A stretch of 64,000 nt of DNA from Botryllus schlosseri (GCA_051294905.1 CM119371.1:2420001-2484000), one strand, 5' to 3'; shown: positions 47,524 through 62,487, counted from the first letter of the stretch. Translations and numbers: made by a program. The notes: a model not told the origin generated them from the sequence alone.

Positions 47524-47751
47524 CTAAGATACGATGCAACCAAACAGTGACTCACAGTATAAAACTTCAAACTCAGTATCGAGATCATTTACAATCTTCT
47601 GGACTTTCTGCAATTCGGCTCCTTTCAACATATCATTTTTATCCCGGTATATCAATGTTACTTTCTTCAAGTTAGAGTTGTTGACGAGAGACGAAATGTC
47701 ATCGGGTGAAGCACCAGATCCAAAGTAGAATATGCATCGGATATATTCGAT
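47524..47751 (-). CDS. Candidate downstream exon of the NLR gene (LRR-like)
   Basis: Acceptor tttctcactgcag; open frame IEYIRCIFYF...NSNLKKVTLIY...EFEVLY; ends at a gtgagt donor (47555) or at TAG (47524). Confidence 0.4.
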   Translation of the reverse strand: MEYIRCIFYFGSGASPDDISSLVNNSNLKKVTLIYRDKNDMLKGAELQKVQKIVNDLDTEFEVLYCESLFGCIVS

Positions 47752-48082
47752 CTGCAGTGAGAAATTATGACTAATAATACTGTGTATTACAATGATGCTT
47801 ACCACTATTGTTGACCATTTCACCAGGGGCCATCATGTATTACAATATACTTTGGATCACCAGTTTGGACAGTTTAGTCTGACCCGCTAGGCGATTCTGA
47901 AAAAAATGGCCGTATTATCCGACACATTTCTAATACATGTTGATATATTTAGTCGGAAACACTTTCATTCTCTCAAGTCAGAAAATGTCGAGCATGCTCA
48001 TAGGCCACATTATAACCATCCGACCGTGGTGTTGAGGTTACACTGTAGTCACCATCAGCAACAAGTCACTGCCATATGGATA

Positions 48083-49045
48083 GGGGAGATGTGGTACCGA
48101 TGGATCACTGGGACCGAAAATACTTTGAAAATTCTCTATGATAATTCCATGATTACACTCCGTGAACTTGTCTACAATTGCATGCTGGCAACATCTTTCT
48201 TCACATACAAAAAAATTCGACGTGCGCGAACTATGGGGTCTCTCACAGATGTTTTTTGTTTTGAGGGGTGTAAACTAAATTTAGATCGACATATACATTT
48301 TTCTTTGTAACCTTCAACACGAACAAACCAGCAATCATTTTTATTGTGTGAAGTCTAGGGCTTGTATCAGGCTATATAATGGAACCTATTATTTTTTTCA
48401 GTACTTTCCTTGAGTGGAATTTTTTCGATTCATGTACAAAATTAGTAGGGTGGGAACCGATGATACAATAGCCAAATCAAGCAAAATACCCAAGCATACT
48501 AATCATGAAACAAATGAAACATGACTACGTACAGAAAATCTTTATGTGATAATTGTATATGATGTTTTATCGCTATAACGAGGTCTTTGGAAGTCACACT
48601 GTCGATTTTCGGGCAATATGTATGTACCCTCAAATTTATAAGTCCGAGCCTAAATCGAAACGTGATTTTATGACAACATTTGAGTCAATATCTAATCTAT
48701 TTTTAGACGGTTGCAACCGAAAATTCTTCTTTGGCTTGCTGCAGCTTACATTATAATACGGAGCAAGAAAAGTTGTCACATCTTAGTTTTTTAGGGTATA
48801 TGTGTCATAGGTCCCCGGGTCGTGTGCCATTGGACCCACCGGGTGGGGACCGATGACACGTTCGAGCAACAAATTTTAAACGTCCATAAATATTTTTTGA
48901 GAAGACGGATATTCATGTATATGTGCGCGATAGGTGGAGCTTGTATCAAAGTGCTGAGCCAGCAAAAGATCTGCTCTTTTCGGCTGAACATTTTGGGGCC
49001 AGCGATCATTTTCCAATTTTTGATCCATCGGTACCACATCTCCCC
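48083..49045 (+). mobile_element. TA-flanked MITE, second copy of 31878-32842
   Basis: Same 25-bp TIRs, TA flanks and collinear interior. Confidence 0.88.
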
Positions 49046-49107
49046 TACTAGTGAAACCATAAATCCTCTTTTCTTTTTCGACTTTTTTTAAAGTGATCTG
49101 GCAACTG

Positions 49108-50642
49108 TAGGTGTGTTACTTTTTTTTCAAATATCATCGGCTTACTTGTCAAATTGTCTAAAACAGCGTTGCACACCAAATTTGACTCAACTCCATCCAG
49201 TGGAAGCTGAGGTCGGTCAAATTGAAATTGAAATAATAGTATTTACGGTGACCAATTTTGTCACACAGACATGATCAAAAATAGTGTTCCAGGTACGCCC
49301 CGTGGCAGGGATGTCTTTTTCACTTGTTTTCATCTTGATACAAGCCTAGGGTGGCTTTTGGATTAAGACATCGCCAGTAAACGAAACAAATATACGACAC
49401 GGACTACCTGGAAATTGGTCCACTTCGTTGAAATAGACATGTCAAAACGATGGTGAAATAATTTTCAAATCGAGTAGGCCTACTTTACACACCGAAATTA
49501 ACAACCACGAAAAGAAAATGAACTAAGGAACAGCTAAAATCCAAGTAAATATATTTCTCAAGTGATCTATATTGTTGGTCGGTCCAATGTAAATTTCCTC
49601 ACGATATTATATGATATTATATGATCTGCACCACTCTTACAGTACTATCAACTTATAGGCACCGTGACAGATCTTCTTCCTATCAAAAGTTATCGTCCAC
49701 TATTCATGCCATCCTCCTCCATATTCGGTTACTGTAATCTAATTGAGTCCATATATCGTGGTAAAACACCAATGCCTTTTATAACTCTATTACAAGGGGG
49801 TCCTGGTGACATAAAAAGACCAGAAAATTACTAATGTGCTTAATAAGCTCACTGGATTATCATTTGGTTACCATGAATCTCGCATATGTGAAGTATCAGA
49901 AATGTTTTTCAACTCATAAATACTATTCAGTGACATTGCTGTTCTGAATTACAATTGGTACCATTTTCAACGCCCTGGATCAGTCAATGTCAAACAGTAG
50001 ACAAATATCCGAACACTGAGCTGCTGAGGAATGCAACTGATGTCTCTGTGGATGAGGTTTTGGTAATGGCGACTTTGCAATCGGTAAAAACTTTGAATCA
50101 AGGCAGAGAGTATGCCCTGCATAACTGGGATAGATTTCATCAAATTTAAATTTGCCTGACAAAAAATACTTCTAGATAGGATTATCATTTGAGAAATACA
50201 TTTACCTGAACTTTACCGTCTTGTCAGTTAATTTTCTTTTCGTGGTCGTTAATTTGAGTGTGTTAAGTACTATATTTGAAAATTATCGCAACATCGTAGT
50301 TATAACTTGTCTATTTCAATGAAGTAGACCAATTTTCAGGTAATCCGATGTCGTCGTTCAAACCCCACCCTAGGACCTTGTCAAGATCAAAACAAGTGGA
50401 AAAGACATTCCTGCCACTTCAGGCGTACCTGAAAAACGATTTTTGGTCATGTCGGTATGACGAAATCGGTCACCATAAATACTATTACTTCAAAAATGAC
50501 CGAAATTTCAATTTGAGTGACCTCGGCTTCTACTGGTTCGAATAGAGTCAAATTTGGCGTGCAACATTTTTTTAGGTAACCTGATAATTTGACAACCAAG
50601 CCGATAAAATTTGAAAAAAAAAAGTTTTTTTCAACACCCCTA
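49108..50642. mobile_element. Foldback structure: ~460-bp inverted arms (49108-49566, 50184-50642) around a ~620-bp spacer
   Basis: taggtgtgtt...atatttctcaagtgat vs reverse complement of atcatttgagaaatac...aacaccccta. Arms carry the ccaaatttg..aa.tccaaccagtggaagc repeat also seen at ~27.3, 28.0, 35.6 and 56.2 kb. Confidence 0.8.
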
Positions 50643-53289
50643 AGGAGCACGCTCAAATGACCTCTTTTTGAGAATTTGTCCTCTTTTTTGAAAATTATTG
50701 TAAAATGAATGTGAAAATTCAACTGGAAATAAGTACTAAAGTAACGTTCCGGCAGGTCTTTCGAGAGTTGAGCCAGAAAGGTGACCTTTTTTATTTAACC
50801 AACTACAAACATGGATTAAATCAACCATTTTTTCTGGATTTTACTCCGGTATTGTAAGTATGAATTTTTTTAAAGGTGTCCTTTTCAGATTCCCTAAATG
50901 TGGTAACCCTAATTGACACTAAATTCCGAGATTACCATTTAAAAAAAAAGCAATCATTGCAATATGCCAATGTATATCGTCGATAAAGCCTCTGTTTAGC
51001 AATTTATTTTTTGTGTAAAACTAGGGCATTGATTTTGAAGCAATCTTTGGAATCATTTTTCTGGTCCAGCCTGCCAGTGCTCTGAAGGTTAGAATTTGAC
51101 CCACAACACCAGTTGAATTTGACACCCCTGCTTTAGATGAGCAAATTACCAGGAATCACGAACTCCGCAACTGCAGTGGATATCTCGGGCATGGAATATA
51201 AGTTTATTCATGTGGAGGGGACTCGTTCGTACTGTGCGGCAGAATTCTATGATAAACGTGCGTGGTGGGAGAAGAATGTTCAATATATCCAATGAAACTA
51301 ATACTGGATGATAAGTACTACCTTCTTTTGCTGACAAGCTTCTAACATCTTCCAGAATTCATCTGCTTCTCCAACGAAAAACATGGCATGGATATTGTCA
51401 AAAACGGAAATTGCTGTCCTGCGCTCCAAAATTCGGCTGTAATCCTGGTCAGGTATCAGGCCATTCACGGCAATATCCAGGAGATCCAACTAAAATGCGA
51501 AAAAACGTTATTCCCAGACTTTAAGATAGCCGCCGTAAAGATGATAGGGTTCGAAGTCATATAAAATGATAGGTAAATATAAATGCGTTTAAAAATACTT
51601 TGGTGTTAGAATCAGGAATCATACTTGATACTTTCTCCAGCAAGTCTCAATCAACGACCAATCAATGTTTTCCTCTTCTTTTGTGCAATCGAGCAGGATC
51701 TTGCTTATCTGAACACAATATTGGTTTCATTAGGCAAGATGAAGTAATTTCCTCGATGTTCTCTCATTTGAATAAATATTCATATTGGTCAAGTTCAATA
51801 CTGATTCATTAGAATTCTTCGATTCTCCATATTGCATATGCTACATCGGTTTGAGTGTCATTCCAGAGTTAGATATCTTTTAAAAATATACTTATGAATA
51901 TTCTATCCATTGTACAAACGTATCAATGTTGTGAGGAACGCTGGATAGCCTATGTGACAATGTCGCTTATGTTTACGCAAAGGTTGGATTTTACCCGAAC
52001 AGTAAAACATATTGGAAACTGCGTAAAAACTGGCACGAACAGAAGCATACTTTATTTTAAATTTCAACTACCTGCTTTCAAAACCTTGATTTGGAGCAGA
52101 CAATGTTGCTTTTCACTTCAGACTACGCCAATGCTTGAGCGCACATTACGACATGATCAGTAACAATCTGCTTCTATACTTCTTAAAAGTAGGCTATGTG
52201 ATTAAAATAACGATTTTACTTATGAAATTGATGTAAAATTATGCCTGAAAGGGGAACTGCATTTTTAAAATGATATGGTCTCAAATTGAAGGGCAAACGA
52301 AAATAAAAATTTGGTTGCAGCCGTTTTCTTCAGAAAGCTACCGTAATTGAACTGCAAGTTATTGAAATTTCCAAAGGACCTTCACGCTCCAGCAGTCATG
52401 CAAAGATCGAACTTTATATCGTTGTTAGCCGATGTTATGAAGGAAATATGTCGTACATGTCAAGGTGGTTTAGATACCGCGTTCAACGGAAGATGCTCAG
52501 TCAGGAGATTTATGTCAAAATCGGGCCTAGTGTATTCTATTTCTTCAGGAGAGAAATAGATGATGCTCAACAATTTTCTTATAAATAAACAATATTTTAT
52601 GCATAAGAATAAGACATGATTTTAGACTACTTTCACACAAAATTGCTTACTTTTCACGGATTGGATTTTGAGAGATAGAAAGTGGTTTTGTGTTACGTTT
52701 GTATCACTGTGATGCGTGAAACCGTCTCAAGAAATCGCAACAGACATCACGGTAACTGTTGAATCTAATTTACAAGATTACACAAATTCGCAATAATAAT
52801 CATTTTTAGTTACTCGCAGAGACTGATCTTGTAATTTGCAAAGTAACCGCTAGCGATAAATCAACAAACACTTACGAACGATCGACCCAAACTATTTTTC
52901 GAAACTCAAGTACTTAATAAGGTACTTTTCATACTTGTCACTTTCTACCTCCACTTGGACAGTTTTAACATATCGTGGACACGTCTATTTCTACATATAA
53001 TTGCATTTAAATTGAAACCTTTCTTCACGATTATCTACGTACAATCGAGATTCGATTCACAATACTAGATATGCAAGTAGAGTGAGAAATTGAGAATGGA
53101 AGTCTTTGTCGAGCAGTGAAGAGCGGATTTGAAATTTCAAAATACAAATCCTCTTTAAATCCAGAATTTATTTTGTCTTAACTCCAAGTCCAAATTCGAT
53201 TACGGCTGATATTTGTCCAAAAGTATCATGGAAATTGAACAATATCAGGAAATAGTTCACAATAATATTATAGGAAATCTATCTAATAC

Positions 53290-53445
53290 CTTGTTTAATT
53301 TAAACTCAGATATCTTCCGCAAATCAACCTGCTTGGCCCACAGTTGTGTTTGTTCTTTAAATTTGATAAATTCAGCATCAAAAAGAATTCCAAGAAATGC
53401 AACGTCTGCTACGGCATGAACCCGGTTGAACGATAGATTGGAATC
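53290..53445 (-). CDS. Probable NLR gene exon (phase 0-0, 52 aa)
   Basis: ttttattttgcag acceptor and aag|gtatta donor; open frame DSNLSFNRVHAVADVAFLGILF...VDLRKISEFKLNK. Confidence 0.55.
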
Positions 53446-55127
53446 CTGCAAAATAAAAATGTCAGTTACGTCACAATCTGCACCAATAAGAATAACTCAG
53501 AAGCACGCTCATAGGGTTGTCCAAAATTTGGAAAATCTCAAAAAGTCTCAGTGATTGTGTCTCATTCTATAGATTATTGATAAAAAATAACAATTAGCCT
53601 GGAAGAAGCTTACAGGAAAGCCGTTAAGATTTCGGACAAAGTGTTTGAAAGTAGCTGCTCAAAAGTGGGCGTGCCACTGACCATAGTACGGCGAGAAGAT
53701 TGGTAATCAATTAACCACGGCTCTTGATTGGCTAATCGGCTATGCTTCAATGACCACGGCAGCAGCAGCTTGCTGATTAGGTGTTCAAGAGGTCTGCCAC
53801 CGGCGGGGATTCTGAGTGCGCATTGTTAGTAGTTTGGCGGGTGATGATTTAAGATTAATTCAGGACATGTTGAGGTACGAAATACATGATGAAAAAACAA
53901 CACCTGCTTCACAGAAGCTTTTACAGCATGACTGCTTTATTGTGAAGGAAACGGCTGAAGCCTACATGTCGTGTTTTCATCGAGAGAAAGCAAAGGCGGT
54001 TATCGAAGTGTTGAGCGAATTCACCGTTTCAGTACGGATCCACCATCAGTGAATAAAAATATATAAAGCTTAACAATGAGCGTCGATCATACATGAGCAG
54101 ATTATTGTTACTACTGAAATCTAGTGCGGGTGAAGCGATGGCCATGATGCTTGTCAGTTGGAAAATGCGACGTGAAAGAAACACAATCCTTATGTTTTTG
54201 AAAGATGTAACCTAACATTTCGAATGGACTTGATCATCAAAGTACAGTGCCGACAATTCTTTTAATAAATTCATCATGTAAAAACTCTTTACTGATAAAA
54301 TCAGCACGAGTTGTTAGCTTACTATTCTCAACAAAAGTATCTCGTCTCCATGACGCTCATGATGACTTCATAATATACATCCTGGCTATACTACACCGCA
54401 AGGTCATCTCTGTACGTGCCTAGTGTAGCTGACAGCTTCGTACAGTAAAGTCAGTGAAATGAGCGAAACCTCATTCCAAACATTAGTATGGACTCATTAG
54501 CAAACTTGAATCATCTTGATATCAAACCTTGATGGTGAAGTGCCCATCAACCATTGTACCACTTATCTCGATGACATCTTCTTTGTTCTTCAATTGAATC
54601 CACGATCCATCTACAGTCAGCTGGACAACCTGAATATTATCCAGATGTGAAACCTGAGATCGTGCATTGTATCGATCATCCACCATCTATGGTGACGTCA
54701 TATCTTACATACAGTGACTACCGCAGCATCACAGATCATCATGTGCTATACTTCTTTGACATGGGTCACTGATTTTACTGACGTTTTTGCCGGTGGCGGC
54801 ATTTTGTGACTTTAGTGGCTCGATATGTCCAAAAATACTCGTTTGTATGAGGTAAGAAGTATAATGGCGGAATCCGTGGAAAAAGTATAAGTATTGAGAC
54901 GATAATATTTTGGGCAATAATGTTGACCTTTAATCAAATCGTAAGCACCCGGAACCGTATTCCTGCATTGACACGAATTCATGAGCTAATTTCGTCTTTT
55001 TAATCGTAGCGCGATAATTGACAGTTTCCTGTTGTGAGCATGTAAATCATAATTACTCCATGAATATCATAGTGAGTCCTTTATTACAAGGAAAATAAAA
55101 CACTGCAGTCAAAAACGCTGTTATAAT

Positions 55128-55651
55128 TAGGGCTGGACACAATGATTCGAGTGCTCAAATCTGAACCGAATATCAATTTTAATGATTCAGGCCGAGTAGT
55201 AAACGTTGATTTTCTCAAGTACCGAAATTGTGCGTTCGTCGACATTGAAAGCTACTTTATTGACAAAAATTGTAGTTTTGACAGTATTTTTCAATTTTGA
55301 AGCCTTAAAATCACGATTGGTCGCATAGCAGAATATCAAACATATCGTACAAAGTTACGAACGTTACTGGACTAACATATTTTCAAAGTCATGATCATCG
55401 ACCAAAATTGCCACTAACTGCAATGAAATTGGTATGTTCGAAAAAATACCGAAGTATCTTTATCGTGATGCATAACAACAGGCATTATATTATTTAAGGT
55501 GACCTAAAAGGAAGGCCTACATATATGAACTTATATTATTACATTCTGTTATGACGTCATGTAAGCAGCGATACTCGAATAGTCGACTCGACTCTAAGCT
55601 TCATGTGATTTAGAATCGAATCTCTCAGATACTCGATTTTTCCCAGCCCTA
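55128..55651 (-). mobile_element. hAT MITE, TAGGGCTG family
   Basis: TAGGGCTGG / CCAGCCCTA; perfect TSD GTTATAAT (55120-55127, 55652-55659). Confidence 0.92.
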
Positions 55652-56159
55652 GTTATAATCAGGAAACAATTTCTCTATGCAATGTCAAAATCATTGTGTT
55701 GGCCTGAAAATCAGATGCGCACTTTGTTGATTAGGAATAGTAATATTCTGTTGCGCACTAATTCATGTCGACATGCATACTTTTGAATTTTGACAATGGT
55801 ACTTTTTATTTACGCAGTGCATTTTGTAGGGGCACGCGCCGTTTGCTTACGCAAATGTGACATAATTTTTTCAAAATATTGATGAACAATTCGATCATCG
55901 CCAGACTGCCTGGTATCAATCACACCAATATGAAATTTCATTACATTACATTCATTACATCCATTGTCAATGTAGTAGAAAGTCGATTTTTGTTGATGTG
56001 GTCGTGACATTAGATCTGCGCTCTTATTGCTGCCAATACTTTACATAATCCCCCATTTCACCAAATTCGATCACATAGCTCGATATTAATGACACAGTGC
56101 GGATAATAAAACATCATATCAGTGAGTAAATACTCTACGGCTTCGGGATGAAAGCAGAG

Positions 56160-56993
56160 TGGGACTGTTAATAAAATTCTTCAGAATTCACTGGCTATGT
56201 GATAAAATTGTTAGGTTGGTTGAAAAAACGCTGTAAACCAAATTTGGCTTCAAGTCCAACCAGTGGAAGTAAGATTCTTGCTGTAAAAAGTTTTGAAATT
56301 ATATTCAAAAAAAAATTCAAAGTTTTTCTTTCAACCCCATAAAATTGTTAGCCAAATTTGGCTCAATTCCAACCGCTAGGAGCAAATTTATTGCCGTAGT
56401 AAAATTTTCAATTCCGTGATTTTATAGGAAATAATTATAGCTTTCAATACAACATCCATTGTAGTACAATATTTAAACTCAAATACTTTTCGGCACAGTA
56501 AAGGGATTTAAATGGATTTAGAAGCAAAACCAAATCTGTTTAACTTCCTTCAGTGTGCCGTTAACTCTTGAATGAGGCAACAAAAAGTCTTCGAGTTTAA
56601 TAAATATTCTACTACAATGGATTTTGTATTGAAAGCTATATTCAAGATCTGTACCACGAATCAGCTATTTGAATAAATGTTTAAAGAGTTAGCTACCGTA
56701 AAATTATTTTATTCGAGTCCAAATTTTTTCTACCACAATAACTTCGCTTCTAGTGGTTGGAATTGAGCCACATTTGTTGTGCATCGTCTCTACTGACAGC
56801 CCAACAATTTTACGTTGTTGAGAGAAAAATTTTAAAATTTAAATTTTTAATGATAAACCCAAAATTTTCTACTGCAAGAAAATCACTTCTACTGGTTGCA
56901 ATTGACCCAAAGTTGGCGTGCAGCGTTGTTTTCGCCAACCCAACAATTTTATAACATATCCAAAGAAATCTGAAGGTTTTTTGAACATCCCTA
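56160..56993. mobile_element. Palindromic MITE with a nested hairpin element (~56436-56640)
   Basis: Outer arms gggactgtt...aaaacgctg / cagcgtt...aacatccct; inner tatagctttcaatacaa...ttgtattgaaagctata. Confidence 0.7.
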
Positions 56994-57137
56994 ATGCAGA
57001 GAATGTATGTATAATGCTCTCTATCACGACTATGGCGTCACCGATCACGTACGATTGTCACGTCACAAGTCTCCGCATACCCACATAAAATTATAGTGGC
57101 TTGTTAGTACACAACTAAATCATAGAATCGATCTCAC

Positions 57138-57242
57138 CTCCCAATCCAATTTTCCAGATAGCGATTCAATCCGACGATGTCCGAGAAGTGATCGCAGTGC
57201 TGTAGCTGAGAACTTATTGATACGCAAATCCACTTTCTTCAC
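57138..57242 (-). CDS. NLR gene LRR exon (phase 0-0, 35 aa)
   Basis: tcattccag acceptor and gag|gtgaga donor; VKKVDLRINKFSATALRSLLGHRRIESLSGKLDWE fits LxxLxLxxNxL; in phase with the 62488 donor. Confidence 0.75.
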
Positions 57243-58652
57243 CTGGAATGATGAATGAAATATGAATACAATGTTGGCTAATATCATGTCAAACTAACAC
57301 AGGTTTGCACAGACTTATTCAGGGCATATTTTGAAAGCTGAGTATGTGTATATTCAACATCATTGCGATCCCCATAATAAAGTCAAACGACCCTGGGTTT
57401 AGAGCCACGGTCTTTTACTAATCCGTTCAAACGACTTCAATCAATTCTAGGAATACACCGTACTCTATAATTGAGATTACGATTTGATTTCAGTGAATGA
57501 TGGCTGATTTTATTCACTTTCGATTTATTTTTTGCGAGCGAGGCGGCCACAGTAGGATCAACTTTAATTTTTAATTGAGCTGCTTGGAATTATTTATATT
57601 TTTTCATGTTATTTTGATTGTCATTGAAGCATTTCTATTCTGTGTATTTGTAATTGTAATTTGATAAAAATGTTACTAATTACAATTTCAATTGCATTGT
57701 TATTGAAACATGACAATCACAACATAAAATAATTAGCTCATTACCATGGGTGTTCTATGCGTACCTCGTTAACTAATTCAACCATACTAAACTGTTTCCC
57801 ATAGGCCATCTTCAGCTCTAACAGAAAACTTGGTGAATTACAATATAGGCTATTGAACCAAATCTTGCTATTTCATAAATGGACGACAAGCAAAAAAACT
57901 CTTCTCTAACATGTGCTGAACCATTTCCTACACCACGGTCAGTGTTTTTTTTTAAATCTCTTTCCAGTACTTAGTCTTGCTGCAGCAATTGCAAAAAGAA
58001 ATTCAATTTTTCAACCAAGACTTCATCACGCTAGATCACACATTTGTAGAGATGTTATCCCAATCTTACCTCCTATCTTAGCTTAATTTACCGGGGCCAG
58101 AACCTTTCCGCATCCTAATGTTCATCAAATGCAGTCGAACAGCTTTGAGCAAGTGAAAATGTAACTGTGAACCAAAATTCTGTACTTGGTAGTTATCAGG
58201 AGCTTCTTCACTCGTGCATTCATTTTAATTTTACACACCTTATTGGTATCATCCTTATTGCCTTACCAATTACATTTAATTCACCTTACTCAGCTCCGAG
58301 TATTCGTTTGAGTACATTTCATTGACTGTCTTGTATCCTATTCGCTATTAGTCGTTGCCAGTCGCTCGAACTTTTGATTGTTAGTAGTCGCTTATAAAAA
58401 ATTTCTGTGTTTTGTATTTTTCATTGCTCATGATTAGGAATAGTTCGAATACGTTCAAGTTTTTTTTTTCTAATTAAATGATATTCTACGTAGTACGAAT
58501 CATGAATGAAACATGAATAGTCTGAGATACTTGTTAAATACGTCGCTACAGTTGTCAAAGAGGACCTCTGTACCGAATCAGTCAGACTTTTACCAGTAAT
58601 TGTAAGTATAATTGTACTTACTAACATGTTTAACAGTAATTGTAATTGTAGT

Positions 58653-59203
58653 CAGGATTCTAAAGACTCGAGTTACGATTTTCTGATGACTCGACTTGAC
58701 TCGAGTCATTTTCGCAAGATTAGGAAATGACTCAGCGCAACTCTAGTCAATATGTGTATTGACTCGACTTGAACTCGAGTCATTACGCATGACTCGAACC
58801 AAGTCATATGACTTGAAACTAAGACGGGGGAGATCGACATTTAATTGAAATTTCAAAGAATAGTAAAGATATCACACTATTGGGATTTCGTCTATGGGTA
58901 CCGGTACTTGAAAATGCGACCAGAAACTGCTACAAGTGAGGGAAATCAATATATTAACATGCGAGCCATTCGATATCAATAAACTGAGTTATAATAAGTG
59001 GGTTACCAAGACTTTAACTGGAGGCTGATCCGTCAAGACAATGACTTGGACTCGAGTCATAATATCATGACTCGGACTCCACCCTCTGATCGCTGACTTG
59101 GACTCGGTGGTGAGTTGAAAATGACTCGACTTGACTCGAGTCAAAACTATGAAAATGAGATTAACTTGTTACTCAGATCCTTTGTGACTAGGTTACAACT
59201 CTG
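58653..59203 (-). mobile_element. Full-length GACTCGAGTC-rich hAT MITE (reverse orientation)
   Basis: CAGGATTCTAA / TTACAACTCTG; perfect TSD ATTGTAGT (58645-58652, 59204-59211); reverse complement of 26705-27287. Confidence 0.9.
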
Positions 59204-61197
59204 ATTGTAGTTGTAATTTGATATTGGTAGCATAGAGTAATTAAAATCATAATGAAATTAAAACATGAAATAGAGTAATTGTAATTGAAATTGAATTGAA
59301 TTAATGTAATTGATCCAACTCTGGAGGTGGCCCTATATTTAAATTAATGCAAAGTGTACTAAATTGCGCGTAGCGCCAAGAAAAAATTTCATTAGCATAA
59401 ATCTGCTATTATTGTTTATGTTTATTTGGAAAATATTTTCAGCGTACTTCAAACCTTCAAGATTATGGACTTTGAGGCATATATTAGAAATTCCTTCCAG
59501 ACACAACGTGAACAGTGAAATTCCGAACATGCCCCGGGAGATTTACACGTATGGTAATCCTAATAACTTGAGAATTTCGGACAATCATCCTTGCGCGCAA
59601 GAGGAATGTTATTGTGACATAGGCGCCGAGTTACGGGGTGGCGGCCACCCCATACAAAATGCTTGAACACCCTCCGTCTGCGACACGACATCAGCTCAAC
59701 GACGCAAACCAGATCATCAGCAATGTCAATAAGCGAGTCCGTGATATCGCGCAAATGCCAACTATTTACGATTAACCAATACGCACTCGCGAATAGCGAC
59801 GACGAACTCGTGCTAAAATCGCCCCAATAGATTGTAATCCGTGGTTAGTACTGATAATCAGACAATCGAAGCGACCTCGTTTATGATCGATTTCGACGAG
59901 TCTGCGGCCTGCGCTGAGGAACACCATCTTCTCTCTCGACCAGACGAGCGAATTCACGTTCTCCTTCCAATTAAATTGTATTTGCGTGCATATTCGTTTA
60001 CAAAATAATTATCGACTTAATTTGGTGATAGTCGCTTTAATTGGAGCGCGAAATAGGACCGTGTGTTTGTGTATGCCTGCGAATTCAAAGTCATTTCTAC
60101 CCAATATGCGCATATTCAAAGGCAAAGGACGGGCCAAGCCTCCTTAATATTAGCGCAATAATTCATCGTGAATAGCTTTAAATCTATAACCGATGTTACT
60201 CGAATTAAATGGTCACACTGATCCCTAAAATCTAGATATTGATCGACTTCCTAATTCTCAAAGTATGCGACGGTAACGTAACGTTGCGCTATACGCCTAC
60301 ATTTTAGTGGCGGTAGTAGAAAGGTACTTTTAGCAATCAAGGACGTGGACATCGCTATGGTACTGTTTGTAAGTTGAATTTGTACACGTGCATGTCACTT
60401 ACATGGCAGTTCATTTGTCGCAGCACATCCAGACGAAAGTAAAGTGGTTAATTTTGATTGACAAATGATTTACGACATTACAGAAATTTCAGACAGCGCC
60501 AAGATACTGTATTTCATCAGATTTGTTTGAATAACACTGCGCACTTCCGCGTTTTCGGTGTACGCAGATCGTGCAGCACGCGTGAGGATAGTTCTACTGG
60601 CAACCACCCGTAGTTCAAGTCTATAGTTCCAAGCTTTCGCCAAACCGGTATGATTACCTCTAGGGTTGGAAAATCTGTTTACTGATATAGTTTTATCAAC
60701 TTTACTTCTCAATTCTCAAATTGGCCTGTAACAACGTTTTGCTACAAGCCCATATTTCAACGCCAGTGCAGGCACGTTATCTAACAATCTCAATATGGAT
60801 GGCTAGTTCCTAATTCGGATTCGTCAATGTGGACATCACTTCCAAATGAGTTCATTTCTTTGTTGTGATTAGTACGCTAATGAGGATTTGAAAATTGCAT
60901 TATTACAGGGGCACCGCCATGTTTGCGACGAATAAACGTGTATTGTGCAAAACCTGATCTAGCCTTCAAAGCAATATGGCGCTGAAAGCGAACTACGGTT
61001 AGATATTGATTGCCTGCATGACCGCAATTTTGATTTGTCAAATATACAAACTTCACATCGAACCCGATTTAGATTATTGATCGTTTACTATAGACTAGAA
61101 GTATTTTGCGTATAACTTCAAAACTTGTCGAATCTCTCGCAGCACCCTCGCGAGACGAGAATGACACAAAAGTGTGCCTCAGTACACCGGTTGTAAA

Positions 61198-61728
61198 TAG
61201 GGCTGGGCAAAATCGAGTACCTGAGTGATTCGATTCTGAATCACGTAATATGCTTCGAGTCGAGTCGAGTAATCGAGTATCACTCGTTATGACGTCATAA
61301 AAGAATGTAATACGTCAAAGATCAAATATGTACCGTTTATGCCCCCACAAGGAATATAATACCTTTTATCCATCTCATAAATGATACAGTGTAATTTGGT
61401 ATTTTTTCGACCATACCGCTTTCATTCCACTTGGTGGCAATGTTGTGGGATAATCATGACTTCGGAAATGTGCTACGTCCGTCGTCCAGTAACCTTCGTA
61501 GCTTCGTACCATAAGACTCGTATGCTACGATACCGCCAATCAAGGTTTCAAGGCTTCACCAGTGAAAATTAGTATCGAAACTATAATTCTCGTTGATAAA
61601 TTAACTTTCAGTTGCGAGGAGCGTATAATTTCAGTACTCGAAAAAATCATCTTTTACTACTCGACTCGAATCATTAAAATTAATACTCGATTCAGATTCG
61701 AGTACTCGAATCATTGTGCCCAGCCCTA
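61198..61728 (+). mobile_element. hAT MITE, TAGGGCTG family
   Basis: TAGGGCTGGGCA / TGCCCAGCCCTA; perfect TSD GTTGTAAA (61190-61197, 61729-61736). Confidence 0.93.
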
Positions 61729-62487
61729 GTTGTAAACCACTGCCCTAGTCGTACGTTTACTCTTTCAGTGCAAACAACTAGGTCGTCTAAATTCACTGTT
61801 GCAGTTGTTATGCGACGTGGTCCTGTATATTGGATCACAAATTCGCTGTGTGTGCGACGTTACTAGTTCCTGCACATTCAGAAAACAATATGGCTATCAG
61901 GTTGTGGTGTAATTTTCCCCTAATAGCAGGGCTGTAATGACAAGAGTCATTACTCGACTCGAGTCACGATCAAGCCAATGTGACGTCTACTAGCGTCATA
62001 TATTGAGCACAATTTGCCAATTTTTGCCGCCCAGCAATTAAATTAGGTCAATCGTCATATGATTGACTCTGGATTACGGTAGTTTTTTTTTGAGACAGCA
62101 GCGGATATCTATAGTAATCCAATCCAGTATTTAGAGAATCTACGCTTCGAGGTACGGTATTACCTTCAGCCATCGCTTTCGGTTCGTGATATTGATTAAA
62201 ATACTCCTGATACAGGCTATTCATATATCATGTATGTTCAATGAGCAGGTTGCTACTATATCGTTCCCATCGAATATGATTTTGAAAATTGCTATCTTTC
62301 CCGCAATAGGCCTAAGCGGCGTGAAATTATGACACCGAATGGATTGCTACGAACAGTGCATCGCCGCGAAAAGATGTGAATATTGCATCATATCGGAAGA
62401 GGATAGACTTCACAATGACATGAATTCCAGATTAAAACATAATATAGTTTTCGTACGAAAGGAATCATTTGAAAAAGTACGACTCAC

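Noticed and set aside
59520..59970. CpG-rich stretch with several short ORFs in the NLR intron
   Set aside because: No recognisable product, consistent frame or element termini; could not be assigned.
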